A stretch of 64,000 nt of DNA. Source: Balanoglossus misakiensis. Taxonomy: Eukaryota > Animalia > Hemichordata. Both the position numbers and the translations under genes were made by a program. Location: positions 11,997,337 through 12,061,336 of the forward strand of contig CM082586.2 in the NCBI GenBank assembly GCA_040954595.2, read 5' to 3'. The notes beneath the pieces were generated by a model, which was given only the letters and a program-made list of their open reading frames with translations, was not told the DNA's origin and made no database searches. Below, piece after piece: positions 46,601-61,600 of the stretch; position 1 is the first letter of the stretch; every line of letters starts with the position of its first letter.

Positions 46601-49600
46601 TCAAAGAATGGTCACATAACAGGATATGTTTTACTAAAAAGACTTATGTTATAGTTTCAAGGCTTTGTTTTGGAATAACGAATTCTCTACAAGATTTAAG
46701 TGGAACAGTCACAGAATGAAAACAAATATGGAAAGAGTTATGCTAGAATGTTGTAAGAGAAAGTTTAATATTGCAAATAATTTAATTTCTTACATCATAA
46801 ATGAAATTCAAAGAATGGTCACATAACGGGCCATGTTTTACTAAAAAGACTAATGTATAGTTTCAAGGTTTTGTTTTGGAATAACGAATTCTCTACAAGA
46901 TTTAAGTGGAATAGTCACAGAATGAAAACAAATATGGAAAGAGTTATGCTGGAATGTTGTAAGGGATAGATTAATATTGCAAATAATTTAATTTCTTACA
47001 TCATAAAATGAATTCAAAGAATGGTCACATAACAGGATATGTTTTACTAAAAAGACTTATGTTATAGTTTCAAGGCTTTGTTTTGGAATAACGAATTCTC
47101 TACAAGATTTAAGTGGAACAGTCACAGAATGAAAACAAATATGGAAAGAGTTATGCCGGAATGTTGTAAGGAATAGATTAATATTGCAAATAATTTAATT
47201 TCTTACATCATAAATGGAATTCAAAGAAAGGTCACGTAACAGGATATGTATAGTTTCAAGCCTTTGTTTTGGAGTAACGAATTCTCTACAAGATTTAAGT
47301 GGAACAGTCACAGAATGAAAACAAATATGGAAAGAGTTATGCTGAAATGTTGTAAGGGATAGATTAATATTGCATAAAATTTAATTTCTTACATCACAAA
47401 TGGAATTCAAAGAATGGTCACATAACTGGATATGTTTTACTAAAAAGACTTATGTATAAGTTCAAGAATTTGTGTTGAAATACCAAATTCTCTACAAGAT
47501 TTAAGTGGAACAGTCACAGAATGAAAACAAATATGGAAAGAGATATGTCGGATTGTTGTAAGGGATAGATTAATATTGCAAATAATTTAATTTCTTACAT
47601 CATAAATGGAATTCAAAGAATGGTCACATAACGGGCCATGTTTCACTAAAAAGACTTATGTATAGTTTCAAGGCTTTGTTTTGGAATAACGAATTCTCTC
47701 CAAGATTTAAGTTGAACAGTTACAGAATGAAAACAAATATTCAAGTAGTTATGCTGAAATGTTGTAAGGGATAGTTTAATATTGCAAATAATTTAATTTC
47801 TTACATCATAAATGAAATTCAAAGAATGGTCAAATAACGGGCCATGTTTTACTAAAAAGACTTATGTTATAGTTTCAAGGCTTTGTTTTGGAATAACGAA
47901 TTCTCTACAAGATTTAAGTGGAACAGTCACAGAATGAAAACAAATATGGAAAGAGTTATGCCGGAATGTTGTAAGGAATAGATTAATATTGCAAATAATT
48001 TAATTTCTTACATCATAAATGGAATTCAAAGAATGCTCACATAACGGGCCATGTTTTACTAAAAAGACTTATGTATAGTTTCAAGGCTTTGTTTGGAATA
48101 ACGAATTCTCTCCAAGATTTAAGTGGAACAGTCACAGAATGAAAACAAGTATGGAAAGAGTTATGCTGAAATGTTGTAAGGGATAGATTAATATTGCAAA
48201 TAATTTAATTTCTTACATCATAAATGGAATTCAAAGAATGCTCACATAACGGGCCATGTTTTACTAAAAAGACTTATGTATAGTTTCAAGGCTTTGTTTG
48301 GAATAACGAATTCTCTCCAAGATTTAAGTTGAACATTTACAGAATGAAAACAAATATTCAAATAGTTATGCTGGAATGTTGTAAGGGATAGTTTAATATT
48401 GCAAATAATTTAATTTCTTACATCATAAATGAAATTCAAAGAATGGTCAAATAACGGGCCATGTTTTACTAAAAAGAGTTAATATGTATAGTTTGAAGGC
48501 TTTGTTTTGGAATAACGAATTCTCTACAAGATTTAAGTGGAACAGGCACAGAATGAAAAAAATATGGAAAGCTTTATGCCGGAATGTTGTAAGGGATAGA
48601 TAATTATTGAAAATAATTTAATATCTTACATCATAAATGGAAACCAAAGAAGGGTCACATAACGGGCCATGTTTTACAAAAAGACTTATGTATAGTTTCA
48701 AGGCTTTGTTTTGGAATAACGAATTCTCTACAAGATTTAAGTGGAATAGTCACAGAATGAAAACAAATATGGAAAGAGTTATGCTGGAATGTTGTAAGGG
48801 ATGGATTAATATTGCAAATAATTTAATTTCTTACATCATAAATGGAATTCAAAGAAAGGTCACGTAACAGGATATGTATAGTTACAAGCCTTTGTTTTGG
48901 AGTAACGAATTCTCTACAAGATTTAAGTGGAACAGTCACAGAATGAAAACAAATATGGAAAGAGTTATGCTGAAATGTTGTAAGGGATAGATTAATATTG
49001 CATAAAATTTAATTTCTTACATCATAAATGGAATTCAAAGAATGGTCACGTAACTGGATATGTTTTACTAAAAAGACTTACGTATAAGTTCAAGAATTTG
49101 TGTTGAAATACCAAATTCTCTACAAGATTTAAGTGGAACAGTCATAGAATGAAAACAAATATGGAAAGAGATATGTCGGATTGTTGTAAGGGATAGATTA
49201 ATATTGCAAATAATTTAATTTCTTACATCATAAATGAAATTCAAAGAATGGTCACATAACGGGCCATGTTTTACTAAAAAGACTTATGTATAGTTTCAAG
49301 GCTTTGTTTTGGAATAACGAATTCTCTCCAAGATTTAAGTTGAACAGTTACAGAATGAAAACAAATATTCAAATAGTTATGCTGAAATGTTGTAAGGGAT
49401 AGTTTAATATTGCAAATAATTTAATTTCTTACATCATAAATGAAATTCAAAGAATGGTCAAATAACGGGCCATGTTTTACTAAAAAGACTTAATATGTAT
49501 AATTTCAAGCCTTTGTTTTGGAGTAACGAATTCTCTACAAGATTTAAGTGGAACAGTCACAGAATGAAAACAAATATGGAAAGAGTTATGCTGGAATGTT

Positions 49601-52600
49601 GTAAGGGATAGATTAATATTGCATAAAATTTAATTTCTTACATCATAAATGGAATTCAAAGAATGGTCACATAACGGGCCATGTTTTACTAAAAAGACTT
49701 ATGTATAGTTTCAAGGCTTTGTTTGGAATAACGAATTCTCTCCAAGATTTAAGTTGAACAGTTACAGAATGAAAACAAATATTCAAATAGTTATGCTGGA
49801 ATGTTGTAAGGGATAGTTTAATATTGCAAATAATTTAATTTCTTACATCATAAATGATATTCAAAGAATGGTCACATAACGGGCCATGTTTTACTAAAAA
49901 GACTTATGTATAGTTTCAAGGTTTTGTTTTGGAATAACGAATTCTCTACAAGATTTAAGTGGAATAGTCACAGAATGAAAACAAATATGGAAAGAGTTAT
50001 GCTGGAATGTTGTAAGGGATAGATTAATATTGCAAATAATTTAATTTCCTACATCATAAAATGAATTCAAAGAATGGTCACATAACGGGCCATGTTTTAC
50101 TAAAAAGACTTATGTATAGTTTCAAGGCTTTGTTTGGAATAACGAATTCTCTCCAAGATTTAAGTTGAACAGTTACAGAATGAAAACAAATATTCAAATA
50201 GTTATGCTGGAATGTTGTAAGGGATAGTTTAATATTGCAAATAATTTAATTTCTTACATCATAAATGATATTCAAAGAATGGTCACATAACGGGCCATGT
50301 TTTACTAAAAAGACTTATGTATAGTTTCAAGGTTTTGTTTTGGAATAACGAATTCTCTACAAGATTTAAGTGGAATAGTCACAGAATGAAAACAAATATG
50401 GAAAGAGTTATGCTGGAATGTTGTAAGGGATAGATTAATATTGCAAATAATTTAATTTCTTACATCATAAAATGAATTCAAAGAATGGTCACATAACAGG
50501 ATATGTTTTACTAAAAAGACTTATGTATAGTTTCAAGGTTTTGTTTTGGAATAACGAATTCTCTACAAGATTTAAGTGGAACAGTCACAGAATGAAAACA
50601 AATATGGAAAGAGTTATGCCGGAATGTTGTAAGGAATAGATTAATATTGCAAATAATTTAATTTCTTACATCATAAATGGAATTCAAAGAAAGGTCACGT
50701 AACAGGATATGTATAGTTTCAAGCCTTTGTTTTGGAGTAACGAATTCTCTACAAGATTTAAGTGGAACAGTCACAGAATGAAAACAAATATGGAAAGAGT
50801 TATGCTGAAATGTTGTAAGGGATAGATTAATATTGCAAATTATTTAATTTCTTACATCATAAATGGAATTCAAAGAATGCTCACATAACGGGCCATGTTT
50901 TACTAAAAAGACTTATGTATAGTTTCAAGGCTTTGTTTGGAATAAGGAATTCTCTCCAAGATTTAAGTTGAACAGTTACAGAATGAAAACAAATATTCAA
51001 ATAGTTATGCTGGAATGTTGTAAGGGATAGTTTAATATTGCAAATAATTTAATTTCTTACATCATAAATGAAATTCAAAGAATGGTCAAATAACGGGCCA
51101 TGTTTTACTAAAAAGAGTTAATATGTATAGTTTGAAGGCTTTGTTTTGGAATAACGAATTCTCTACAAGATTTAAGTGGAACAGGCACAGAATGAAAACA
51201 AATATGGAAAGCTTTATGCCGGAATGTTGTAAGGGATAGATAATTATTGAAAATAATTTAATATCTTACATCATAAATGGAAACCAAAGAAGGGTCACAT
51301 AACGGGCCATGTTTTACAAAAAGACTTATGTATAGTTTCAAGGCTTTGTTTTGGAATAACGAATTCTCTACAAGATTTAAGTGGAATAGTCACAGAATGA
51401 AAACAAATATGGAAAGAGTTATGCTGGAATGTTGTAAGGGATGGATTAATATTGCAAATAATTTAATTTCTTACATCATAAAATGAATTCAAAGAATGGT
51501 CACATTACAGGATATGTTTTACTAAAAAGACTTATGTTATAGTTTCAAGGCTTTGTTTTGGAATAACGAAATCTCTACAAGATTTAAGTGGAACAGTCAC
51601 AGAATGAAAACAAATATGGAAAGAGTTATGCTGAAATGTTGTAAGGGATAGATTAATATTGCAAATTATTTAATTTCTTACATCATAAATGGAATTCAAA
51701 GAATGGTCACATAACGGGCCATGTTTTACTAAAAAGACTTATGTATAGTTTCAAGGTTTTGTTTTGGAATAACGAATTCTCTACAAGATTTAAGTGGAAT
51801 AGTCACAGAATGAAAACAAATATGGAAAGAGTTATGCTGGAATGTTGTAAGGGATAGATTAATATTGCAAATAATTTAATTTCTTACATCATAAAATGAA
51901 TTCAAAGAATGGTCACATAACAGGATATGTTTTACTAAAAAGACTTATGTTATAGTTTCAAGGCTTTGTTTTGGAATAACGAATTCTCTACAAGATTTAA
52001 GTGGAACAGTCACAGAATGAAAACAAATATGGAAAGAGTTATGCTGGAATGTTGTAAGAGAAAGTTTAATATTGCAAATAATTTAATTTCTTACATCATA
52101 AATGAAATTCAAAGAATGGTCACATAACGGGCCATGTTTTACTAAAAAGACTTATGTATAGTTTCAAGGTTTTGTTTTGGAATAACGAATTCTCTACAAG
52201 ATTTAAGTGGAATAGTCACAGAATGAAAACAAATATGGAAAGAGTTATGCTGGAATGTTGTAAGGGATAGATTAATATTGCAAATAATTTAATTTCTTAC
52301 ATCATAAAATGAATTCAAAGAATGGTCACATAACAGGATATGTTTTACTAAAAAGACTTATGTATAGTTTCAAGGTTTTGTTTTGGAATAACGAATTCTC
52401 TACAAGATTTAAGTGGAACAGTCACAGAATGAAAACAAATATGGAAAGAGTTATGCCGGAATGTTGTAAGGAATAGATTAATATTGCAAATAATTTAATT
52501 TCTTACATCATAAATGGAATTCAAAGAAAGGTCACGTAACAGGATATGTATAGTTTCAAGCCTTTGTTTTGGAGTAACGAATTCTCTACAAGATTTAAGT

Positions 52601-55600
52601 GGAACAGTCACAGAATGAAAACAAATATGGAAAGAGTTATGCTGAAATGTTGTAAGGGATAGATTAATATTGCAAATTATTTAATTTCTTACATCATAAA
52701 TGGAATTCAAAGAATGCTCACATAACGGGCCATGTTTTACTAAAAAGACTTATGTATAGTTTCAAGGCTTTGTTTGGAATAAGGAATTCTCTCCAAGATT
52801 TAAGTTGAACAGTTACAGAATGAAAACAAATATTCAAATAGTTATGCTGGAATGTTGTAAGGGATAGTTTAATATTGCAAATAATTTAATTTCTTACATC
52901 ATAAATGAAATTCAAAGAATGGTCAAATAACGGGCCATGTTTTACTAAAAAGAGTTAATATGTATAGTTTGAAGGCTTTGTTTTGGAATAACGAATTCTC
53001 TACAAGATTTAAGTGGAACAGGCACAGAATGAAAACAAATATGGAAAGCTTTATGCCGGAATGTTGTAAGGGATAGATAATTATTGAAAATAATTTAATA
53101 TCTTACATCATAAATGGAAACCAAAGAAGGGTCACATAACGGGCCATGTTTTACAAAAAGACTTATGTATAGTTTCAAGGCTTTGTTTTGGAATAACGAA
53201 TTCTCTACAAGATTTAAGTGGAATAGTCACAGAATGAAAACAAATATGGAAAGAGTTATGCTGGAATGTTGTAAGGGATGGATTAATATTGCAAATAATT
53301 TAATTTCTTACATCATAAAATGAATTCAAAGAATGGTCACATTACAGGATATGTTTTACTAAAAAGACTTATGTTATAGTTTCAAGGCTTTGTTTTGGAA
53401 TAACGAAATCTCTACAAGATTTAAGTGGAACAGTCACAGAATGAAAACAAATATGGAAAGAGATATGTCGGATTGTTGTAAGGGATAGATTAATATTGCA
53501 AATAATTTAATTTCTTACATCATAAAATGAATTCAAAGAATGGTCACATAACGGGCCATGTTTTACTAAAAAGACTTATGTATAGTTTCAAGGCTTTGTT
53601 TGGAATAACGAATTCTCTCCAAGATTTAAGTTGAACAGTTACAGAATGAAAACAAATATTCAAATAGTTATGCTGGAATGTTGTAAGGGATAGTTTAATA
53701 TTGCAAATAATTTAATTTCTTACATCATAAATGATATTCAAAGAATGGTCACATAACGGGCCATGTTTTACTAAAAAGACTTATGTATAGTTTCAAGGTT
53801 TTGTTTTGGAATAACGAATTCTCTACAAGATTTAAGTGGAATAGTCACAGAATGAAAACAAATATGGAAAGAGTTATGCTGGAATGTTGTAAGGGATAGA
53901 TTAATATTGCAAATAATTTAATTTCTTACATCATAAAATGAATTCAAAGAATGGTCATATAACAGGATATGTTTTACTAAAAAGACTTATGTATAGTTTC
54001 AAGGTTTTGTTTTGGAATAACGAATTCTCTACAAGATTTAAGTGGAACAGTCACAGAATGAAAACAAATATGGAAAGAGTTATGCCGGAATGTTGTAAGG
54101 AATAGATTAATATTGCAAATAATTTAATTTCTTACATCATAAATGGAATTCAAAGAAAGGTCACGTAACAGGATATGTATAGTTTCAAGCCTTTGTTTTG
54201 GAGTAACGAATTCTCTACAAGATTTAAGTGGAACAGTCACAGAATGAAAACAAATATGGAAAGAGTTATGCTGAAATGTTGTAAGGGATAGATTAATATT
54301 GCAAATTATTTAATTTCTTACATCATAAATGGAATTCAAAGAATGCTCACATAACGGGCCATGTTTTACTAAAAAGACTTATGTATAGTTTCAAGGCTTT
54401 GTTTGGAATAAGGAATTCTCTCCAAGATTTAAGTTGAACAGTTACAGAATGAAAACAAATATTCAAATAGTTATGCTGGAATGTTGTAAGGGATAGTTTA
54501 ATATTGCAAATAATTTAATTTCTTACATCATAAATGAAATTCAAAGAATGGTCAAATAACGGGCCATGTTTTACTAAAAAGAGTTAATATGTATAGTTTG
54601 AAGGCTTTGTTTTGGAATAACGAATTCTCTACAAGATTTAAGTGGAACAGGCACAGAATGAAAACAAATATGGAAAGCTTTATGCCGGAATGTTGTAAGG
54701 GATAGATAATTATTGAAAATAATTTAATATCTTACATCATAAATGGAAACCAAAGAAGGGTCACATAACGGGCCATGTTTTACAAAAAGACTTATGTATA
54801 GTTTCAAGGCTTTGTTTTGGAATAACGAATTCTCTACAAGATTTAAGTGGAATAGTCACAGAATGAAAACAAATATGGAAAGAGTTATGCTGGAATGTTG
54901 TAAGGGATGGATTAATATTGCAAATAATTTAATTTCTTACATCATAAAATGAATTCAAAGAATGGTCACATAACAGGATATGTTTTACTAAAAAGACTTA
55001 TGTTATAGTTTCAAGGCTTTGTTTTGGAATAACGAATTCTCTACAAGATTTAAGTGGAACAGTCACAGAATGAAAACAAATATGGAAAGAGATATGTCGG
55101 ATTGTTGTAAGGGATAGATTAATATTTCAAATAATTTAATTTCTTACATCATAAATGGAATTCAAAGAAAGGTCACGTAACAGGATATGTATAGTTACAA
55201 GCCTTTGTTTTGGAGTAACGAATTCTCTACAAGATTTAAGTGGAACAGTCACAGAATGAAAACAAATATGGAAAGAGTTATGCTGAAATGTTGTAAGGGA
55301 TAGATTAATATTGCATAAAATTTAATTTCTTACATCATAAATGGAATTCAAAGAATGGTCACGTAACTGGATATGTTTTACTAAAAAGACTTATGTATAA
55401 GTTCAAGAATTTGTGTTGAAATACCAAATTCTCTACAAGATTTAAGTGGAACAGTCATAGAATGAAAACAAATATGGAAAGAGATATGTCGGATTGTTGT
55501 AAGGGATAGATTAATATTGCAAATAATTTAATTTCTTACATCATAAATGAAATTCAAAGAATGGTCACATAACGGGCCATGTTTTACTAAAAAGACTTAT

Positions 55601-58600
55601 GTATAGTTTCAAGGCTTTGTTTTGGAATAACGAATTCTCTCCAAGATTTAAGTTGAACAGTTACAGAATGAAAACAAATATTCAAATAGTTATGCTGAAA
55701 TGTTGTAAGGGATAGTTTAATATTGCAAATAATTTAATTTCTTACATCATAAATGAAATTCAAAGAATGGTCAAATAACGGGCCATGTTTTACTAAAAAG
55801 ACTTAATATGTATAATTTCAAGCCTTTGTTTTGGAGTAACGAATTCTCTACAAGATTAAAGTGGAACAGTCACAGAATGAAAACAAATATGGAAAGAGTT
55901 ATGCTGGAATGTTGAAAGGATAGATTAATATTGCATAAAATTTAATTTCTTACATCATAAATGGAATTCAAAGAATGGTCACATAACGGGCCATGTTTTA
56001 CTAAAAAGACTTATGTATAGTTTCAAGGCTTTGTTTGGAATAACGAATTCTCTCCAAGATTTAAGTTGAACAGTTACAGAATGAAAACAAATATTCAAAT
56101 AGTTATGCTGGAATGTTGTAAGGGATAGTTTAATATTGCAAATAATTTAATTTCTTACATCATAAATGATATTCAAAGAATGGTCACATAACGGGCCATG
56201 TTTTACTAAAAAGACTTATGTATAGTTTCAAGGTTTTGTTTTGGAATAACGAATTCTCTACAAGATTTAAGTGGAATAGTCACAGAATGAAAACAAATAT
56301 GGAAAGAGTTATGCTGGAATGTTGTAAGGGATAGATTAATATTGCAAATAATTTAATTTCTTACATCATAAAATGAATTCAAAGAATGGTCACATAACGG
56401 GCCATGTTTTACTAAAAAGACTTATGTATAGTTTCAAGGCTTTGTTTGGAATAACGAATTCTCTCCAAGATTTAAGTTGAACAGTTACAGAATGAAAACA
56501 AATATTCAAATAGTTATGCTGGAATGTTGTAAGGGATAGTTTAATATTGCAAATAATTTAATTTCTTACATCATAAATGATATTCAAAGAATGGTCACAT
56601 AACGGGCCATGTTTTACTAAAAAGACTTATGTATAGTTTCAAGGTTTTGTTTTGGAATAACGAATTCTCTACAAGATTTAAGTGGAATAGTCACAGAATG
56701 AAAACAAATATGGAAAGAGTTATGCTGGAATGTTGTAAGGGATAGATTAATATTGCAAATAATTTAATTTCTTACATCATAAAATGAATTCAAAGAATGG
56801 TCACATAACAGGATATGTTTTACTAAAAAGACTTATGTATAGTTTCAAGGTTTTGTTTTGGAATAACGAATTCTCTACAAGATTTAAGTGGAACAGTCAC
56901 AGAATGAAAACAAATATGGAAAGAGTTATGCCGGAATGTTGTAAGGAATAGATTAATATTGCAAATAATTTAATTTCTTACATCATAAATGGAATTCAAA
57001 GAAAGGTCACGTAACAGGATATGTATAGTTTCAAGCCTTTGTTTTGGAGTAACGAATTCTCTACAAGATTTAAGTGGAACAGTCACAGAATGAAAACAAA
57101 TATGGAAAGAGTTATGCTGAAATGTTGTAAGGGATAGATCAATATTGCAAATTATTTAATTTCTTACATCATAAATGGAATTCAAAGAATGCTCACATAA
57201 CGGGCCATGTTTTACTAAAAAGACTTATGTATAGTTTCAAGGCTTTGTTTGGAATAAGGAATTCTCTCCAAGATTTAAGTTGAACAGTTACAGAATGAAA
57301 ACAAATATTCAAATAGTTATGCTGGAATGTTGTAAGGGATAGTTTAATATTGCAAATAATTTAATTTCTTACATCATAAATGAAATTCAAAGAATGGTCA
57401 CATAACGGGCCATGTTTTACTAAAAAGACTTATGTATAGTTTCAAGGTTTTGTTTTGGAATAACGAATTCTCTACAAGATTTAAGTGGAATAGTCACAGA
57501 ATGAAAACAAATATGGAAAGAGTTATGCTGGAATGTTGTAAGGGATAGATTAATATTGCAAATAATTTAATTTCTTACATCATAAATGGAAACCAAAGAA
57601 TGGTCACATAACGGGCCATGTTTTACAAAAAGACTTATGTATAGTTTCAAGGCTTTGTTTTGGAATAACGAATTCTCTACAAGATTTAAGTGGAATAGTC
57701 ACATAATGAAAACAAATATGGAAAGAGTTATGCTGGAATGTTGTAAGGGATAGATTAATATTGCAAATAATTTAATTTCTTACATCATAAAATGAATTCA
57801 AAGAATGGTCACATAACAGGATATGTTTTACGAAAAAGACTTATGTTATAGTTTCAAGGCTTTGTTTTGGAATAACGAATTCTCTACAAGATTTAAGTGG
57901 AACAGTCACAGAATGAAAAGAAATATGGAAAGAGTTATGCTGAAATGTTGTAAGGGATAGATTAATATTGCATAAAATTTAATTTCTTACATCATAAATG
58001 GAATTCAAAGAATGGTCACATAACGGGCCATGTTTTACTAAAAAGACTTATGTATAGTTTCAAGGCTTTGTTTGGAATAACGAATTCTCTCCAAGAATTA
58101 AGTTGAACAGTTACAGAATGAAAACAAATATTCAAATAGTTATGCTGGAATGTTGTAAGGGATAGTTTAATATTGCAAATAATTTAATTTCTTACATCAT
58201 AAATGAAATTCAAAGAATGGTCACATAACGGGCCATGTTTTACTAAAAAGACTTATGTATAGTTTCAAGGTTTTGTTTTGGAATAACGGATTCTCTACAA
58301 GATTTAAGTGGAATAGTCACAGAATGAAAACAAATATGGAAAGAGTTATGCTGGAATGTTGTAAGGGATAGATTAATATTGCAAATAATTCAATTTCTTA
58401 CATCATAAAATGAATTCAAAGAATGGTCACATGACAGGATATGTTTTACTAAAAAGACTTATGTTATAGTTTCAAGGCTTTGTTTTGGAATAACGAATTC
58501 TCTACAAGATTTAAGTGGAACAGTCACAGAATGAAAACAAATATGGAAAGAGTTATGCCTGAATGTTGTAAGGAATAGATTAATATTGCAAATAATTTAA

Positions 58601-61600
58601 TTTCTTACATCATAAATGGAATTCAAAGAAAGGTCACGTAACAGGATATGTATAGTTTCAAGCCTTTGTTTTGGAGTAACGAATTCTCTACAAGATTTAA
58701 GTGGAACAGTCACAGAATGAAAACAAATATGGAAAGAGTTATGCTGAAATGTTGTAAGGGATAGATTAATATTGCATAAAATTTAATTTCTTACATCATA
58801 AATTGAATTCAAAGAATGGTCACATAACTGGATATGTTTTACTAAAAAGACGTATGTATAGGTTCAAGAATTTGTGTTGAAATACCAAATTCTCTACAAG
58901 ATTTAAGTGGAACAGTCACAGAATGAAAACAAATATGGAAAGAGATATGTCGGAATGTTGTTAGGGATAGATTAATATTGCAAATAATTTAATTTCTTAC
59001 ATCATAAATGGAATTCAAAGAATGGTCACATAACAGGCCATGTTTTACTAAAAAGACTTATGTATAGTTTCAAGCCTTTGTTTTGGAATCACGAATTCTC
59101 TCCAAGATTTAAGTTGAACAGTTACAGAATGAAAACAAATATTCAAATAGTTATGCTGAAATGTTGTAAGGGATAGTTTAATATTGCAAATAATTTAATT
59201 TCTTACATCATAAATGAAATTCAAAGAATGGTCAAATAACGGGCCATGTTTTACTAAAAAGACTTAATATGTATAGTTTGAAGGCTTTGTTTTGGAATAA
59301 CGAATTCTATACAAGATTTAAGTGGAATAGTCAAAGAATGAAAACAAATATGGAAAGAGTTATGCTGGAATGTTGTAAGGGATAGATTAATATTGCAAAT
59401 AATTTAATTTCTTACATCATAAAATGAATTCAAAGAATGGAAACATAACAGGATATGTTTTACGAAAAAGACTTATGTTATAGTTTCAAGGCTTTGTTTT
59501 GGAATAATGAATTATCTACAAGATTTAAGTGGAACAGTCACAGAATGAAAACAAATATGGAAAGAGTTGTGCCGGAATGTTGTAAGGAATAGATTAATAT
59601 TGCAAATAATTTAATTTCTTACATCATAAATGGAATTCAAAGAAAGGTCACGTAACAGGATATGTATAATTTCAAGCCTTTGTTTTGGATTAACGAATTC
59701 TCTACAAGATTTAAGTGGAACAGTCACAGAATGAAAACAAATATGGAAAGAGTTATGCTGAAATGTTGTAAGGGATAGATTAATATTGCATACAATTTAA
59801 TTTCTTACATCATAAATGGAATTCAAATAATGGTCACATAACAGGATATGTTTTACTAAAAAGACTTATGTATAGGTTCAAGAATTTGTGTTGAAATACC
59901 AAATTCTCTACCAGATTTAAGTGGAACAGTCACAGAATGAAAACAAATATAGAAAGAGTTATGCCTGAATGTTGTAAGGGATAGATTAATATTGCAAATA
60001 ATTAAATTTCTTATATCATAAATGGAATTCAAAGAATGGTCACATAACGGGCCATGTTTTAGTAAAAAGACTTATGTATAGTTTCAAGGCTTTGTTTTGG
60101 AATAACGAATTCTCTCCAAGATTTAAGTTGAACAGTTACAGAATGAAAACAAATATTCAAATAGTTATGTTGGAATGTTGTAAGGGATAGTTTAATATTG
60201 CAAATAATTTAATTTCTTACATCATAAATGAAATTCAAAGAATGGTCAAATAACGGGCCCTGTTTTACTAAAAAGACTTAATATGTATAGTTTGAAGGCT
60301 TTGTTTTGGAATAACGAATTCTCTACAAGATTTAAGTGGAACAGTCACAGAATGAAAACAAATATGGAAAGAGTTATGTCGGAATGTTGTAAGGGATAGA
60401 TTAATATTGCAAATAATTTAATTTCTTACATCATAAATGGAATTCAAAGAAACGTCACGTAACAGGATATGTATAGTTTCAAGGCTTTGTTTTGGAATAA
60501 CGAATTCTCTACAAGATTTAAGTGGAACAGTCACAGAATGAAAACAAATATGGAAATAGTTATGCTGGAATGTTGTAAGGGATAGATTAATATTGCAAAA
60601 AATTTAATTTCTTACATCATAAATGGAATTCAAAGAAAGGTCACGTAACATGATATGTATAGTTTTTAAGCCTTTGTTTTGGAGTAACGAATTCTCTACA
60701 AGATTTAAGTGGAACAGTCACAGAATGAAAACAAATATGGAAAGAGTTATGCTGAAATGTTGTAAGGGATAGATTAACATTGCATAAAATTTAATTTCTT
60801 ACATCATAAATGGAATTCAAAGAATGGTCACATAACTGGATATGTTTTACTAAAAAGACTTATGTATAGGTTCAAGAATTTATGTTGAAATACCAAATTC
60901 TCTACAAGATTTAAGTGGAACAGTCACGGAATGAAAACAAATATAGAAAGAGTTATGCCGGAATGTTGTAAGGGATAGATTAATATTGCAAATAATTTAA
61001 TTTCTTATATCATAAATGGAATTCAAAGAATGGTCACATAACGGGCCATGTTTTAGTAAAAAGACTTATGTATAGTTTCAAGGCTTTGTTTTTGGAATAA
61101 CGAATTCTCTACAAGATTTAAGTTGAACAGTTACAGAATGAAAACAAATATGGAAAGAGTTATGCTGGAATGTTATAAGGGATAGATTAATATTGCAAAT
61201 AATTTAATTTCTTACATCATAAAATATATTCAAAGAATGGTCACATAACAGGATATGTTTTACTAAAAAGACTTATGTTATAGTTTCAAGGCTTTGTTTT
61301 GGAATAACGAATTCTCTCCAAGATTTAAGTTGAACAGTTACAGAATGAAAACAAATATTCAAATAGTTATGCCAGAATGTTGTAAGGGATAGATTAATAT
61401 TGCAAATAATTTAATTTCTTACATCATAAATGGAATTCAAAGAAACGTCACGTAACAGGATATGTATAGTTTCAAGGCTTTGTTTTGGAATAACGAATTC
61501 TCTACAAGATTTAAGTGGAACAGTCACAGAATGAAAACAAATATGGAAAGAGTTATGTCGGAATGTTGTAAGGGATAGATTAATATTGCAAATAATTTAA

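Noticed and set aside
48637-54952. Four METKEGSH... ORFs
   Set aside because: A satellite monomer variant copied by block duplication; useful only as a marker.
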